Of a DNA stretch of 64,000 nt, positions 1 to 15,137 are shown one piece after another. The DNA is from the human T2T-CHM13v2.0 reference genome, Homo sapiens. A program made the position numbers and the translations under genes. Location of the stretch: NCBI RefSeq assembly GCF_009914755.1, contig NC_060936.1; one strand, written 5' to 3'. The notes beneath the pieces were generated by a model. It was given only the letters and a program-made list of their open reading frames with translations. It had not been told where the DNA came from and did no database searches. Within the stretch, counting starts at the first letter, position 1; each line of letters begins with the position of its first letter.

Positions 1-146
1 TGAGAATGGATCAGGAACCACAAAGAATGGATCATGATCTAATCAGGATGGAGCATGGGCCAATCACAATGGAGCACCGTCCAATCAGGCTGGAGCATTT
101 TTCAGTCAGAATGGAGCACGGGCCAATCACAATGGACACCTGTCTA
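1..146. repeat. Degenerate ~21-bp tandem repeat containing CCAAT boxes, running off the left edge
   Basis: Successive units: aatcaggatggagcatgggcc / aatcacaatggagcaccgtcc / aatcaggctggagcatttttc / agtcagaatggagcacgggcc / aatcacaatggacacctgtct. Confidence 0.7.
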
Positions 147-1079
147 AAGACCCAGCACGGACGGAGCAGTGTGTCCAGCTGAGTGTCTCTCCTGGTGCTG
201 CACTCATCAGGCCCCTCCCTATCTTATCCCACCGCCCCAGGCCGTGGGTCAGGAGACAGAGGTGCCTGGAGGAGCCAAGAGCAAGCCCCACTTCTGCCTG
301 TGCAACGAGACACCCACCCTGAGAGAGGACTGTGCGGGGCAGAAGGACAGGAGCCCAGGGATGTGCTGTGTCTGTCTGTCCGGCTGTCTGTGCAGGAGCC
401 CGGAGACCTCAGGCTTCCAAGCTAGCATTTGTGCTCCTCAGATCTGGGGTCGACTCCAGGACAAGCTGATACTTACAGACACAGAAGGCGATTTAAACCT
501 GTCCCCAGGAGCTGACAATGTAGTCTGGGGTGAATTCATTTGTAAGAGTCTGTTGACATTCATTGTAAAAGATGAGTACTTCTCACTGGTCCTCACATGT
601 CTCATCCCTGAAACGGAGGGGGAGAACATCATTTTAATTGCCATACAGTATGTGTTTCCTGAAGACTTAATGGCTGCTTTGCAGTTTACCATGGAGGGGT
701 AGATTTATAGCACTGTCTGCGGGTCCTTGCCTGTGCTGGGCTCATTGTCAGGTTGTGGGTAAAATGGAGAGGGTCTAGGGGGCGCGCCTTTGCCACCCAG
801 GCATCTCCAGAGCTGACTTGTGGCTCAGGGCCAGAGGCAGGCCAAGGACAGTTCAACCAGCGATCAGAGCCCAGGCCTTCCAGGCAGGTCCAACTCCCAG
901 TGCTGACCCTGACAGCTGTGCTGTGTGATCCCGGAGCTATCCTCACCACTGAGCACGGTTCCCTTCTCTGTAAAGCAGGGAAATTGATGCTCTCCCAGGG
1001 ACACCACTCGGCAGCCATTCCCCCAGTGCCTGGGACAGCCCCCTGAGGATCACCCTTCACCCAGCCTCAGTCCACGTGG

Positions 1080-1490
1080 TTTGGGGACATCCCCAGGCCA
1101 GGGACAGATCACATGACTGAGTCACAGCCAATCAGCACACGGCTGTCCCAGAGCACGTGATTGGCTCAGGCATAGGGGTGTGACTCCATCAGAGCCAATC
1201 AGATGCAAGGAAACAGGCTGAGAGGCTCTGGCCTTTCTCACTGCCTGTGACCTGAGGGGGCGTGGCACAGGTTGCGCCCCTGGGACCAGTGGACAGAGCC
1301 TGCTGGATACTGGAGTCCACGAGGAAGAAGCAGAGCTGGGGTAGATCAGGCCTTGGTGATAGTGACCTGAGCCCTGGGTTCACCCAGACCTCAAATCAGG
1401 TCGCTCTGCCCCTCCCCTAGATTCACCCATTCATCCCCTTTCAGGGCTTAGGTTCTTCCGGTGGGGTTTGTGTCACTAACATCAATGAGG
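1080..1490 (+). mobile_element. Old ERVL/MaLR-type LTR relic (LTR16/MLT1-like)
   Basis: Paired gccaatcag...gattggctcagg...gccaatcag motifs and a gggtttgtgtcact terminal motif typical of these LTRs; subfamily not resolved. Confidence 0.45.
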
Positions 1491-2065
1491 ACAAGATAGG
1501 CCTATTTCAGAAACAGGAGGTGATGAGGGTGCCTGGCTACAAGAATTCTTAAATAGGGGCTGCTATTAGTATACGGAGCTCTCCTGCTGCCAGGGTGCCC
1601 CTCATATCCCCGAGACGGAGCAGGAAGAAGGACCCACTTCAGCCCCACGAAGTCCGGATGCAACTGCGAGTCTCCAGTGTGGGCGTTGTCCTCCTCAGTC
1701 TGGTGTTGCTGCACTGCGCCCGACCCCAGCCTGGCCACGGTCCCCGTGAGGCACCCGCCCCTGAGTCTCCTCGATGGGCGTTCCTCTTCCTGCCAGGCTC
1801 ATCCCAGGCCTCCACCTCTCCACCTGTTCCCCGTCCCCAGGAGTCAGCCCCTGTGGCTCGAACACCTTCTGCTGCTGACCACGCATCTGAAGGAGCCCCA
1901 CTCACACCCCTGCCATGTCACGCTGACCTTCACCTACTTGATTTTTCTTCCCTTATCACCACCCAATGCTTTAACGTGGATTATTTTGGTTACTCTTTGT
2001 CTGCAGCACAAACAAGCCCAATGAGGGACAGGACTTGGTCTTGGTCTCAGTCTCAGTTGTCCCCT

Positions 2066-2356
2066 ATTTGTTGAATGGAGAAGTGGATTGATGAATGAAC
2101 AAAATGACTGATCAATAAATGGATAAGTGGGAGGATGAATTAATGGATGAATACATAGGTAAATGAATGAATGAATGATGGATGAGTGAATGAATGAAGA
2201 ATGAATAGATGAATGGATTGGTGTGTGGATGAATGGATAGATGAAAGAGTGGATGAATGGATGGATGGATGGGTGGATGGATAGATGAATGGATAGGTGA
2301 AAGAGTGGATGGATGGATGGATGAATGAATGGATGAGTGGATGGATAGATGGATAC
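2066..2356. repeat. (TGAA)n/(TGGA)n simple repeat, probably grown from an L2 3' tail
   Basis: tatttgttgaatg start followed by ~290 bp of gaat/ggat tetramers. Confidence 0.9.
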
Positions 2357-5300
2357 AAATTTGCACAGCTCAAATTCTCCTCTCAAATGAGTTTTATGAG
2401 TCCTTCCCACTCTCACTAGCTCATGGTCACCTGCCCAGTGTCCTGTCTGCTGTACCCCCACAACTCCATGAGGACCCTGTGGCCTGCACTGGTCAGAGAA
2501 GGTTTCCTGGAGGAGGGGACTCAGGCAGAGCATGGAGGAGAGAAGAACTCGGGGGCGGGCTGGGGGCACAGCCTGCAGATGGTGGGGAGGGAAGCTCCAT
2601 CCCCAGGTGGTGGGTGGGGTCTCACAGCCTCGCTCTGGCTCTGTTGGACTTGGGAGAGTGCTGGTAGCTAAAAATGTTTTTTCCCAAAAAGTCTATAACT
2701 GGGAGACAGAAAGTAGGGCAGGTTCACAGTCCAGCAGGAATGAGGCCAGGAAGAAAACAGGATCCAAACCCGAGCATGTGCTGCTCATTTGCATATCGTT
2801 TGCATGGAATTCTTAGTGCTCCTCCACTCCCCACCCCCTCCCTGCCGCCTTCTCTGGGACTCAGCTCACAGTGGGGCTTGTCTCAGCCCCATCAGACACC
2901 AGAGCAGGCACAGGCAGCACCATGAACACAGATGGGTCCCCAGTGACTGTGGCCCTGAAGAGAGGAAGGGCCTCCTGGGGCTGGACCACCCCCTGGTGGG
3001 CTCAAGAAGACAGAGGGGGCCTTGGACTGGGGACAGCCAGCAAGCCTGGTATGCCCCTGCTGGGACTGCCCTGCTGAGTCTATTGTTAGGGTGCCCTTTG
3101 TTTGCCTGACCACGGGAGGCCTGCAGGACAGGATGGTCTGGGGACAACCTCAGAACAGGAGGTCTGGGCTCCTTCTCTGCTTCCTTCCTTGGAGTTTCTT
3201 GTGTGAGAGAGGAAAGGGCTGCCCAGGCCGCACCACAGGAATCGTGAGACCATAACTGGGGCTGTTTTAAGCCTGCAGGGGTGTGGAAGTTGTGGTGCAG
3301 GGACAGAACCCAGACCAGCCTCTGGGAGAGAGGATGGGGAGCTCCCTGGGCCCTCTCCTGTCCCTACAGTTCACAGCCCATGCACCAGAACTGGTCACAG
3401 GGCACAGGCACAACCCCCTGCAGGGATCAGGGGCCCCGGGGAGTGCACAGGCCCTTGGGGAGGACCAAGGCCTCCTCTGCTGCCATTGGGATGGCACAGG
3501 TTCTGAAGGGCAGGTGTAGCCCCTGCAGGGTACAAGCAGAGGGTGACATCCTCTGACACAGGCTGGGGAGGGACCCCAGGCAGTTGTGTGGGGAGTGCAG
3601 GGCCTGGATGCAGGCAGCAGCCTGGGGTGTGTCCTGCAAGACCACAAGGAGAGGCCATGGGTGCGGAAGAGGATCCCAGGGTGAATCTCAGGAAAGCAGC
3701 ACTGGGACACGTCTGCCGCTAAGGTTATTCTAAAGGCAGAAGCACAGGGACTTCCTGAAAGGCTGCGTAGAAGCGAGAGGCTTGGGCTCGGCTGCCTGGA
3801 AGAAGGGAGGCGCCCTGTTCTTGGAGGCCAGAGGATGAGAGCGAGGCAGGCTAAGGAAGAAATCATGGCCCAGCCTGGGCCTGGGGCAGGGGCCTGGCTG
3901 GGGAAACTCCTGGCTCAGGAGCAGAGCACGGGAGGAGAAGCACAGCTGGCCCCTGCTCTCCAGGCCTCTGGGAGGTTGGGAAGTGCATGAAAGCACCTCT
4001 GAGCCTTGGGTTCTCCATCTGCACAGTGGGCAGGATGATGACGGGCCCTTCTTCCCTAGAAGGAACTTTTTAGGCACAAATGAGGAAATAACATAGAAAG
4101 ACTTGGAGGCTTCGCCCACATAAGGCAGGAGATCACTCCAAGGTAGGATGACTGCTATTTTGATTGGCTGTAATCAAATGTAATGTCTTGTTTTCATGAT
4201 TTGGATTGGAGGTGGAAATATTAATTCGAATCATCTATCCTGCAGTAAACGGACCTCCCTGACGGTGGCTTCCCCCGTTCCCTGTAACTGCCTGTGACTG
4301 ATGAGCCATCAGCAGGGATGGGAGGGATGGAGCCTCGGACATCATTTACTCACTTCTGCTTGTTAAATAACTCAGGACCTGGGGCCGCTTCTCAGGGCTG
4401 GGGCTGAGTCTCCGTGCCCACCGTGGTGCTGGGCATATTTGCTGTCTCTGGGGAGACAGATGCGAAGCAGAAAGGCAGAAGGAAAAGCTGTCAGCCCAGG
4501 CGTTCCTGCCAACCCACGCCGGCCTGCAGGCCACCGCCCTCTGCCCATCCCGGAAGGACGTGTTTTCCTCTTAAATACCTGAGTCAAGGGGCTGGGGTGC
4601 ATCTTTCCCTCCGCCCTCTTGCTGAGCTGCGTGGCTGCATTGAGGGGATTTTTCTGTCTCTGCCATTAAACAAATCCTGGCAGGCTAATTAGCTGTGGGA
4701 AGTTTCAGGTGCTTTCATTTTCAAAAGAAGTCAAAACAAGCACATATTATGCTTGGAACAAGCCTAGCTTTCTAATGAAAAGAGACTGCAACTGGATCAT
4801 CAAACAAACGTAAACAAATAGATCAATAAATGTGCATGCATACACGTGTTCACAGAGCACAATTTGAAGGTGAAACGTGAAATGAGAGCCCGTACAGAGG
4901 TGTCAGCCATGAGATGTGCAGGGGCCAAGGGTGCAGGGCCAGGGTCAGGAGGATGTGCAGTGGAGCCGGGTTAACGTTACTGCCGCGCCCTAAGAAACGG
5001 GGAGGGGAGGGGAGGCAGGTCTGGAACCACCTAGGAGGCAGATTTGGTTGATTTGTTTCAGGAATCCTTTCTGCCTTGTGATTTAGGAGTTAACGTTTCC
5101 TTCTCCTCTTTCTGCTCCTCCTTCCTCCAATAAAGTGCCTGACCTTCATCAGTGCACACACAGGTGGCACTGGCTCAGGGCCCATCGAGGGCCAGTGTCC
5201 TGGGCCCTGCAGGGCATGTCTGTGGGAGGGCCACTAGGGTCAGGGGACAGGGCCGTGGGGAAAATCTGCCCTGTGGATGGATTTGACCGCAGCCACGCTG

Positions 5301-6631
5301 TCCTTCTGGGGAATAAAGGAGGAGACTTCCCTTGTCCCTGGGACAGCAGGCGCTTCCCCAGGTGGTGGCCCCTCAAGGGCTCCTCCCCAGCACGCTTCCT
5401 GCCCTCCCACTGCTCTGAGTCAAGTTCCTCCCGCTCACCTGCTGACTTCATTCGTGGTCCCCTCATCGTCATGGGCGGGGCCTCCCTGAGCTGCTCCCTT
5501 AACACTGAGGAGCTTGACCAGCCACAGGGGCCTGGCCCTCTCCAGGGTGCTGAAACCTGCTGCCGCTTCCTGGGTGGGGACTGCGTGGCTGTCCCAGGAT
5601 AAGCAGATGTGGGACCCCGTGGCAGAACTACAGTTGTTTTGATGTTTCCATCATGCCCTAAATCCAGCCAGAAGCAGCTTGAAGATACCTGGTGCGCAAT
5701 GTCCTGCCGATAGCCGGCGGCTGAGCAGACGCCTGGGAGAGAGCATCTTTATCCTGGATGGGCTCAGAGGACCTTCAGAGTCCAACGCACACATCTCCAG
5801 AATCCATTCAGGCGTCTGCAGGCTGGAGACTGAGGGCAGAGGAAACAACGCCCGTGGGATCATCACCCGGCTCAGCAAATGCTCATCAATCCTTCTGCAC
5901 TCGGCACTGCGCTGGGCCCCTGGGGCTTTAGAGAGGGTGAGATGTGGTCTTTGAATCTGGAGAGTCATCGCGTAGTTGTGAGCCACACTACAGCTCCTCA
6001 GCAGAGGAACAGTGAGGACGCAACATCAAACAGAAGAATCTTGAAGACGAGGCAAGGGCATTGAGGTGCTGCCACCGCCTCCAGCCGGCTCTTGCCGCAG
6101 CTGATAAACGTGCAGTATTGGCGTTGTCGGGAACTGGCTTTCTGGGGCCTCTGTCACTTCCCGTCTCTGCAGAGCTTGTGATTGAGCCTGTTCACAGGAC
6201 ACCTTCGTGCTGGACACAGCTTCCTGTCGTGATCCAGAAACTCACTGAATTTAATCTAAGATTGCTAACAAGAGTTTCCTGGGGCTTTGGAGGGGACCAT
6301 CAGGAGTGGTGCTGCTCCCGGAGAAATAAGAAAACTGTGTCAGTCAGGGCTCAGCTTCAGCTTGAAGTGGCAGAAATGCAGCTCACACTGGTGTAGGTCA
6401 GGGAAGTCCACATGAAGCGGGGAGAGCAAGGTGTGACTGGGTCTCTGTGAGGCTGGAATAGGGAGCGGGAGCTCAGCATGGTGCTCTTGCGTCTTTCTCT
6501 GTGCAAACTTTGCTTCCTCCACTCACACTGGCTGAGCCTCACACTGACCACTGTGGACCCCATTCCTCTGGCATAACAGCTACGTGGGTAACAGACTCCA
6601 GCATTCCCTCCATGACGCCTGTTCACTGTCC

Positions 6632-6832
6632 TTGTAGATTTCGAAAGGGCTAGAAGAGAAGAATGTGAATGTTCCCCGCATAAAGGAAAGGTAAATATTT
6701 GGGGTGGCAGGTATCACAAGTGTCTTGATTTGGGGTGGCAGGTATCACAAGCGTCACAAGTGATCTTGATTTGATCACTACACATTATATGCCTGCACCC
6801 CGAATATGTACATCTATTATGTATCAATAAAC
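6632..6832 (+). mobile_element. L1 (L1MA-like) 3' end fragment with a small internal duplication
   Basis: gctagaagagaagaatgtgaatgttcc...gatttgatcactacacatt...aataaa; tttggggtggcaggtatcacaag is present twice. Confidence 0.65.
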
Positions 6833-7325
6833 AGTCTTGGGGAGAATCTTTGCTCTACCTGACCCAGCTTCTGTCAGCAGCCCAGCCCTGAACCAGTCGC
6901 TATGGGCAGAAAGGCAGCCGTCTGAGAAGCTCCCAGGCTGTGGGGTGAGGGGCAGCAGCCGGTCAGTGTGAGTGGATTTTCATTTGTCTTTTTCAGGTTC
7001 TGGACATGTTTTCCCCCCAGGGGAGGCCTGAGAGTCTCAGAGGCTGCAAGAGCTCCAAGTCCTCCACGACTCTCTTTAGTTCCTTTTCTGGGGAGCAAAG
7101 GCCACTCCTGCCTGCCCAGAGTCAGGAACCTCATTGGGGTTTGTGGAAGCAGCTCTGATTTGTTTTATTCCAGAATCCTTTTTGTCTGCAAGGAACTGGA
7201 TTATAATTTTGAAACCATTTTTTGGCACTAAACTGATACAATCCAGGATATTATGAACATGCAACATTCAGAAAACTGGGAGAAACTGGTCATTGTCATG
7301 TGTCGTTTAGAAATATCAGATGCTG

Positions 7326-7637
<312 letters not shown>

Positions 7638-7639
7638 CA

Positions 7640-8740
<1,101 letters not shown>

Positions 8741-8772
8741 ACAAGCAAGGAAGAAGACATGGCCCCAGTGTG

Positions 8773-8773
<1 letters not shown>

Positions 8774-8806
<33 letters not shown>
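8774..8806. repeat. (GT)n microsatellite
   Basis: About 16 perfect GT/TG units. Confidence 0.95.
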
Positions 8807-8809
<3 letters not shown>

Positions 8810-9169
8810 AAAGCCATGGTGAAAGGGGCACTTATTTCCATCCATATGGATGTATGGATGTAAAAGCTTAGAGACCCTCTGGAAGAAGAGACACCCCCAC
8901 CCCCACCAGGCCACAGTGTTTCTCTGGAAATGAATAGGAATGTGGTGAGCAGGAGGAAAAGGATGGGGTGGAGTCAAGAATGACTTTCACTTTAATCTTC
9001 AAATGTACAGTTGATATTTGCATTGATCTTGAATCCACGTATGGGGAAAAAACAGCAAAAACAACATCTTTGCTCTAGGGGATGGTGTGTGGCTGGGAGA
9101 TTAAGGAAAGGGTTGAGGGTGGGGCAGGAGGAGATGGGGTTTGAAGGATCAGGCAGGATTTACCATCAT

Positions 9170-10820
9170 CCCTTTTTAGTAGTTATTTGAGGCATCATTT
9201 ACACTCAGTAAAATAACAAATCTTATGAGTACAGATGGACGGGACTTCACATATGTACAGGCCTTGTGACCGCCCCCAAGTTGAGGCACAGACACCACCC
9301 CCAGGAAGCCCCTCATGCCCTTTCCAGTCCACACTCAGAGGTCACTTTTCCTGTGCTCTGTTTCCACACAGTCTTGCCTGTTTGGAAACCTAAGTGACAG
9401 GAACTGGATATAAATGGAATTCTGTGACGTGTAGTATTTCAGGACTCCCATTTTTTTCTCAACATAATTTCTTGAGATTTCTCCCTAAAACTGTCTTTCT
9501 CAGGAGTGATCGTAGAGTAACGTTGCATTGTATGAAGATTCTGCTATTTGTTTCTGCATTTGCCTGGGTTGTTTCTGGGTTTCACTATTTTGAACAAAGC
9601 TATTGTGTCATTCTCGTGCAGTTGTTTGTTGTGGACATATTTACGGATTTTTCTTACGTTCCCAGGAATGGATTTTCTGGGTCATGGGATTGTTCTATGT
9701 GTAACCTTCTTAGAAGCCATCAAAGAGGGTGCCTTAGGGGTGCACCATTACACCCTCCTCCACAAAACCCATCCAAGAGGGTGTCTTAGGGGTCCGACAT
9801 TGCACCCTCCTCCACAAAACCCATCCAAGAGGGTGTCTAGGGGTGAACCATTGCACCCTCCTCCACAAAACCCATCCAAGAGGGTGTTTGGGGGTGCACT
9901 ATTGCACACTCCTCCACAAAACCCACCAAAGAGGGTTTCTTAGGGGTGCACCGTTGCACCCTCCTCCACAAAACCCATCCAAGAGAGTGTCTTAGAGATG
10001 CACCATTGCACACTCCTCCCCAGAAGCCATCCAAAAGGGTGTCCTAGGGGGGTGCACCATTGCACACTCCTCCCCAGAAGCCATCCAAAAGGGTGTCCTA
10101 GGGGGTGCACCATTGCACACTCCTCCCCAGAAGCCATCCAAAAGGGTGTCCTAGGGGGTGCACCATTGCACACTCCTCCCCAGAAGCCATCCAAAAGGGT
10201 GTCCTAGGGGGTGCACCATTGCACACTCCTCCCCAGAAGCCATCCAAAAGGGTGTCCTAGGGGGGTGCACCATTGCACACTCCTCCCCAGAAGCCATCCA
10301 AAAGGGTGTCCTAGGGGGGTGCACCATTGCACACTCCTCCCCAGAAGCCATCCAAAAGGGTGTCCTAGGGGGTGCACCATTGCACACTCCTCCCCAGAAG
10401 CCATCCAAAAGGGTGTCCTAGGGGGTGCACCATTGCACACTCCTCCCCAGAAGCCATCCAAAAGGGTGTCCTGGGGGGTGCACCATTGCACACTCCTCCC
10501 CAGAAGCCATCCAAAAGGGTGTCCTAGGGGGTGCACCATTGCACACTCCTCCCCAGAAGCCATCCAAAAGGGTGTCCTAGGGGGGTGCACCATTGCACAC
10601 TCCTCCCAGCTACACGCAGGAGTTGCAAGGGCCCCACTTGGTCTTCAGCAGGAGGTCAGCTGTTCCAATTCCAGCCATTCTTGTGGGCATGGACTGGAGT
10701 CTCACTATGGTTTAATTTTTACTTCCCTGATGTCTGGCGATGCTGCACAACTGTCCCTGTGCTTATGGGACGTGTGAGAATCCTCTTTTGTGAATTGGCT
10801 AATCTAAATTTTTGACCAAT
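9170..10820 (-). mobile_element. Old L1M fragment (antisense) that hosts the 53-bp minisatellite
   Basis: Antisense L1 motifs left (cccaggaatggattttctgggtcatgg) and right (cagccattcttgtggg...ctcactatggtttaatt...ttccctgatg) of the array. Confidence 0.6.
9712..10608. repeat. Minisatellite/VNTR, 53-54-bp unit, ~16-17 copies
   Basis: Unit ccatccaaaagggtgtcctagggg(g)gtgcaccattgcacactcctccccagaag repeated in tandem. Confidence 0.97.
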
Positions 10821-12074
10821 TTTAGTCATCACATTAAAGCGTCTAATTAATAGGGTCTCAGGTCACACATTCATGATTCTAAAATCTGGACAAAGCAGAG
10901 CGTAGAGAACACCTTCTCTGCTCTGTGAGTTTATCTTTGCTTAAAGCCGTGTCTGTTTAAGTCTGCGTAGCCCCTTCCTTCTCCCAAACCCAGTTTCCTC
11001 TTGTGTGAAATAGCGCAGGCCATGACTGAGTGCTGCTCTTCTGCAGCATCTGGGCAGGTGTGGCTCCCCTGGCTGAGACTTGGAAGCTTCTGGAGGCTCT
11101 GGGTTGATTCCTTTGCCTGTCAGTCAGTTTGCTGAAGGGCAGGATTGGAGGTGGGAGAGGCACTCGGCCTCCAGCTGCAGAGGGAAGCTGCCCAACCTCC
11201 CTGAGATGCCATGAGGCTGAATCAGGGGAGTCTGTGAGTCCTTCAAGGGGTGGCCACGGTGCAGAGAGTTGAATTCCAGGAAAAATCCCCTTTCCCCCTG
11301 GCTCAGCCAGAGGGCAGGGGCCTGAGATCTCCAGGTGTGTGCAGTGCTCAGCCTTTTGTGCAGTCAGGGATTCCATGGCCCCCTCGCCCTTCACAGGGAG
11401 GAGCAGACATTTGACTGCAGGTGTGAGTAGAGGGTCGCTGGGATGGAGGTGATGGAGACACTGTCCCTGGGTCCCCGCTGAGAGATGTGTCCCATCCATG
11501 GCCCTGTGGCCGGGTTCATTGTGGGGTGATCCCCCGCCGTGGTGCCTGCACACTAAACACATAAACTCCTCTGCCCAGGATGCCACAAAGCCTATCCCCT
11601 CATTTTGGAACTCAGCACCTTCTCATCCCTGTCCTGGGATTCAAATTCATTGCTTACAGAAGTTCAAGGCAGAGAGAGATATGGGTAAGGATAATGGCAG
11701 TTTAAGCTCCCATCTCTGAACACATTTGACATTGTAATGAGGCAGGTTCAGCAATACACTAGACGTGATTGATATCGACAGGAGAAATTCCCGTCTTCCA
11801 AGCCAGCTCTGCACTCTTATCCCAGGCACCGCATCAGCAACAGGAAAACAAAGAGAGGCACAGGCAGCCCGGTGCCACATTCTGGGGGTGAATCCACTGC
11901 AGGAAATGCTGCCACAATTAGCTGAGAAACCTTACAGGTCTGTCCCTGGGAGTCGACCGGGGGCTCTGCAGAGAGGACCCTGAGCAACAATCAGTTATGG
12001 GATAAAAGGGACTCTCCCATGGCCCCTAAGCAGGTACCTCTCACAGTGAAGGAAAATGGGGAATTTGAGCCCCT

Positions 12075-12180
12075 AAAGCTCTGCTACTCTGGGACCAGCA
12101 GCATGAGCATCACCAGGAGCTTCTCAGAACTGAAGACTCTCAAACCCTCCCTCCACATCTGCCTCACCTGTGGATTAGAG
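12075..12180. mobile_element. MER5A-like hAT fragment
   Basis: gggaccagcagcatgagcatcaccaggagctt...agaa resembles the MER5A terminal region. Confidence 0.45.
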
Positions 12181-12383
12181 CCCTGAGTGGGAACTGGACC
12201 CATGGCTACCCAGAGTGAGGACAACCTTCCCCAGCCCTCCTTGTGGCCTCATGTGACCAAGTGACCCATTTCTGACCAATGCACTAAGATAAGAGGGCCA
12301 TGGGAGCCACTTCCTGGTCATTTCCTGACAGAGGTGAGCCCTCTCCTCCTCCTCTCCTCAACTTCCTCAGCTGTGAAATAGGA

Positions 12384-13260
12384 ATGATGATGATGTTGAT
12401 AATGGTGATGATGATAGTGATGATGGTGATGAGGATGATGGTGATGATGGTGATGATAATGGTGATGGTGATGATGATGGTAATGATGGTGATGTGATGA
12501 TGGTGATGATGATGGTAATAATGATATTGACGATGATGATGATTGTTACAATGATGATGATGGTGGTAGTGGTGATGATGGTGATGATGATAGTGATGAT
12601 GATGGTGATGGTGATGATGATGGTGATAATGATGTTGATGGTGATGATTTTATGATTATGATGATGATGATGGTGGTGGTGATGATGGTGATAACGATGA
12701 TGGTGATGATCATGGTGGTGATAATGATGACTACGACGGTCATGATTGTCATCATGATGATGATGGTGATGATGATGATGATGGTGATGGTGGTGATGAT
12801 GATAATGATGATGGTGATGGTGGTGATGATGATGATGGTGATGGTGGTGATGATGATAATGATGATGGTGATGATTATTGTGATTATGATGATAATGATG
12901 GTGGTGGTGATGATGATTATGATGGTGGTTATAATGATTATGATGGTGATGATGGTGATGACGCTAATGATGATGGTGATGATTATTATGATTATGATAG
13001 TAACAATGGTGGTGGTGATGGTGATGATGGTGGTGGTGATGACGATGGGATGATGGTGGTGGTTATAATGATTATGATGGTGATGGCAATGGTTATGGTG
13101 ATAATGATGTTGATGATGGTGATGATCGTTATGATTATGATGATAATGGTGATGGTGGTGGTGATGATGGTGATGATGGTGGTGGTTATAATGATGATTA
13201 TGATGGTGATGATGGTGATGGTGATGATGATGATGATGGTAATGGTGATGATGGTGATGT
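12384..13260. repeat. Imperfect (GAT/GGT/AAT)n triplet low-complexity repeat, ~880 bp
   Basis: Continuous atgatggtgatg... triplets; explains the poly-M/V/I and poly-H ORFs. Confidence 0.97.
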
Positions 13261-13785
13261 TGGTATCCCAGAGAGAGAAGAGAATGTGGTGAGATCATGA
13301 CAAGTCTCAGAGCACAGACAATCCCACCACAAACGCTGGATGAAATATACTTATTATTGTTATAATCATCTCAAATTATTAGGTATGTGGAGACATTCCC
13401 CTCCCAGGGGCCATCTCCCCTATCCTGGACTCCCTCTTTATAAACAGGAGCTGAGGTCCCCTATAGAAAACTTCCCTTCTGGTATTGCCCTCAGCAGCAC
13501 GCCCTCCATAGAGCATGTAAACTTCCCCCAGACAAGGAGGAGACACAGGTGGGTCCCCTGACCCTGTACCAAGGGGGTCAGTGTGCCTGGCATCCTGGAA
13601 AGAGTGATTAATGCAAGGAAACTTGTGTCCCTGAAATAGGCCATGATCAATGGCATTTGAGTTGCACTTGGCTAAGGGATTGGAGAATGGACATCAGATG
13701 GCAGGTGCTGAATCATTTTACTAATGAAGCTTCTGCCTTGCCCACATGATGAGAAGTTTTCCATGGGAGGCTTTGGAGCCACTGC

Positions 13786-13924
13786 TTTTTTTTCTTTTTT
13801 CTTTTTTATAGAGATGGGGGTCACTATGCTGCCCAGCTGATCTTGAACTCCTGGCCTCAAATGATCCTCCTGCCTTGGCCTCTTAAAGTGCTTAGATTAC
13901 AGGTAGGAGCCATCATGCCTGGCC
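13786..13924 (-). mobile_element. Alu monomer (FLAM-like)
   Basis: T tract plus left-monomer consensus; flanked by gagccactgc / gagctactgc TSD. Confidence 0.85.
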
Positions 13925-14319
13925 CAGAGCTACTGCATTAAGGGAGGTGCAGCTGGTCTCCCCAGGCTGCTGTCTGCACATCTTAGTACATTAGCGTGGA
14001 GCTGGCAGGCAAAAATGTCACACACCTGCTGAATTCACTGTCTGGCTGATTATTAGTGAGGGGGGACATCTTTTCTTTTGCTTAACTGTTTTTTGATATT
14101 CCTTTTCTGTGAATTACCTGCTCATAATATCTGCTCATTTTTCTATCGCTCTTTCTTTCTGTTTGTTATTCATTTATGGAAGCCACTTAGAGGTTGCATG
14201 TACCAAACTGTTGACTATTAAGCATGAGGCAAACGTCGCTCCTCAATCTGACCTTCTCTTTTCACTTGTGTGTGGTGGTGGTGTTTACAGGAAGAGGTCT
14301 ACAGTTCATTGCAAGGCTC

Positions 14320-15137
<818 letters not shown>

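Noticed and set aside
1595-2074. ORF with a signal-peptide-like stretch (VGVVLLSLVLLHC)
   Set aside because: Non-ATG start in the track, runs into L2-like sequence, no family resemblance.
12546-13298. 250-aa poly-His protein
   Set aside because: Translation of a triplet simple repeat; no splice or domain evidence.
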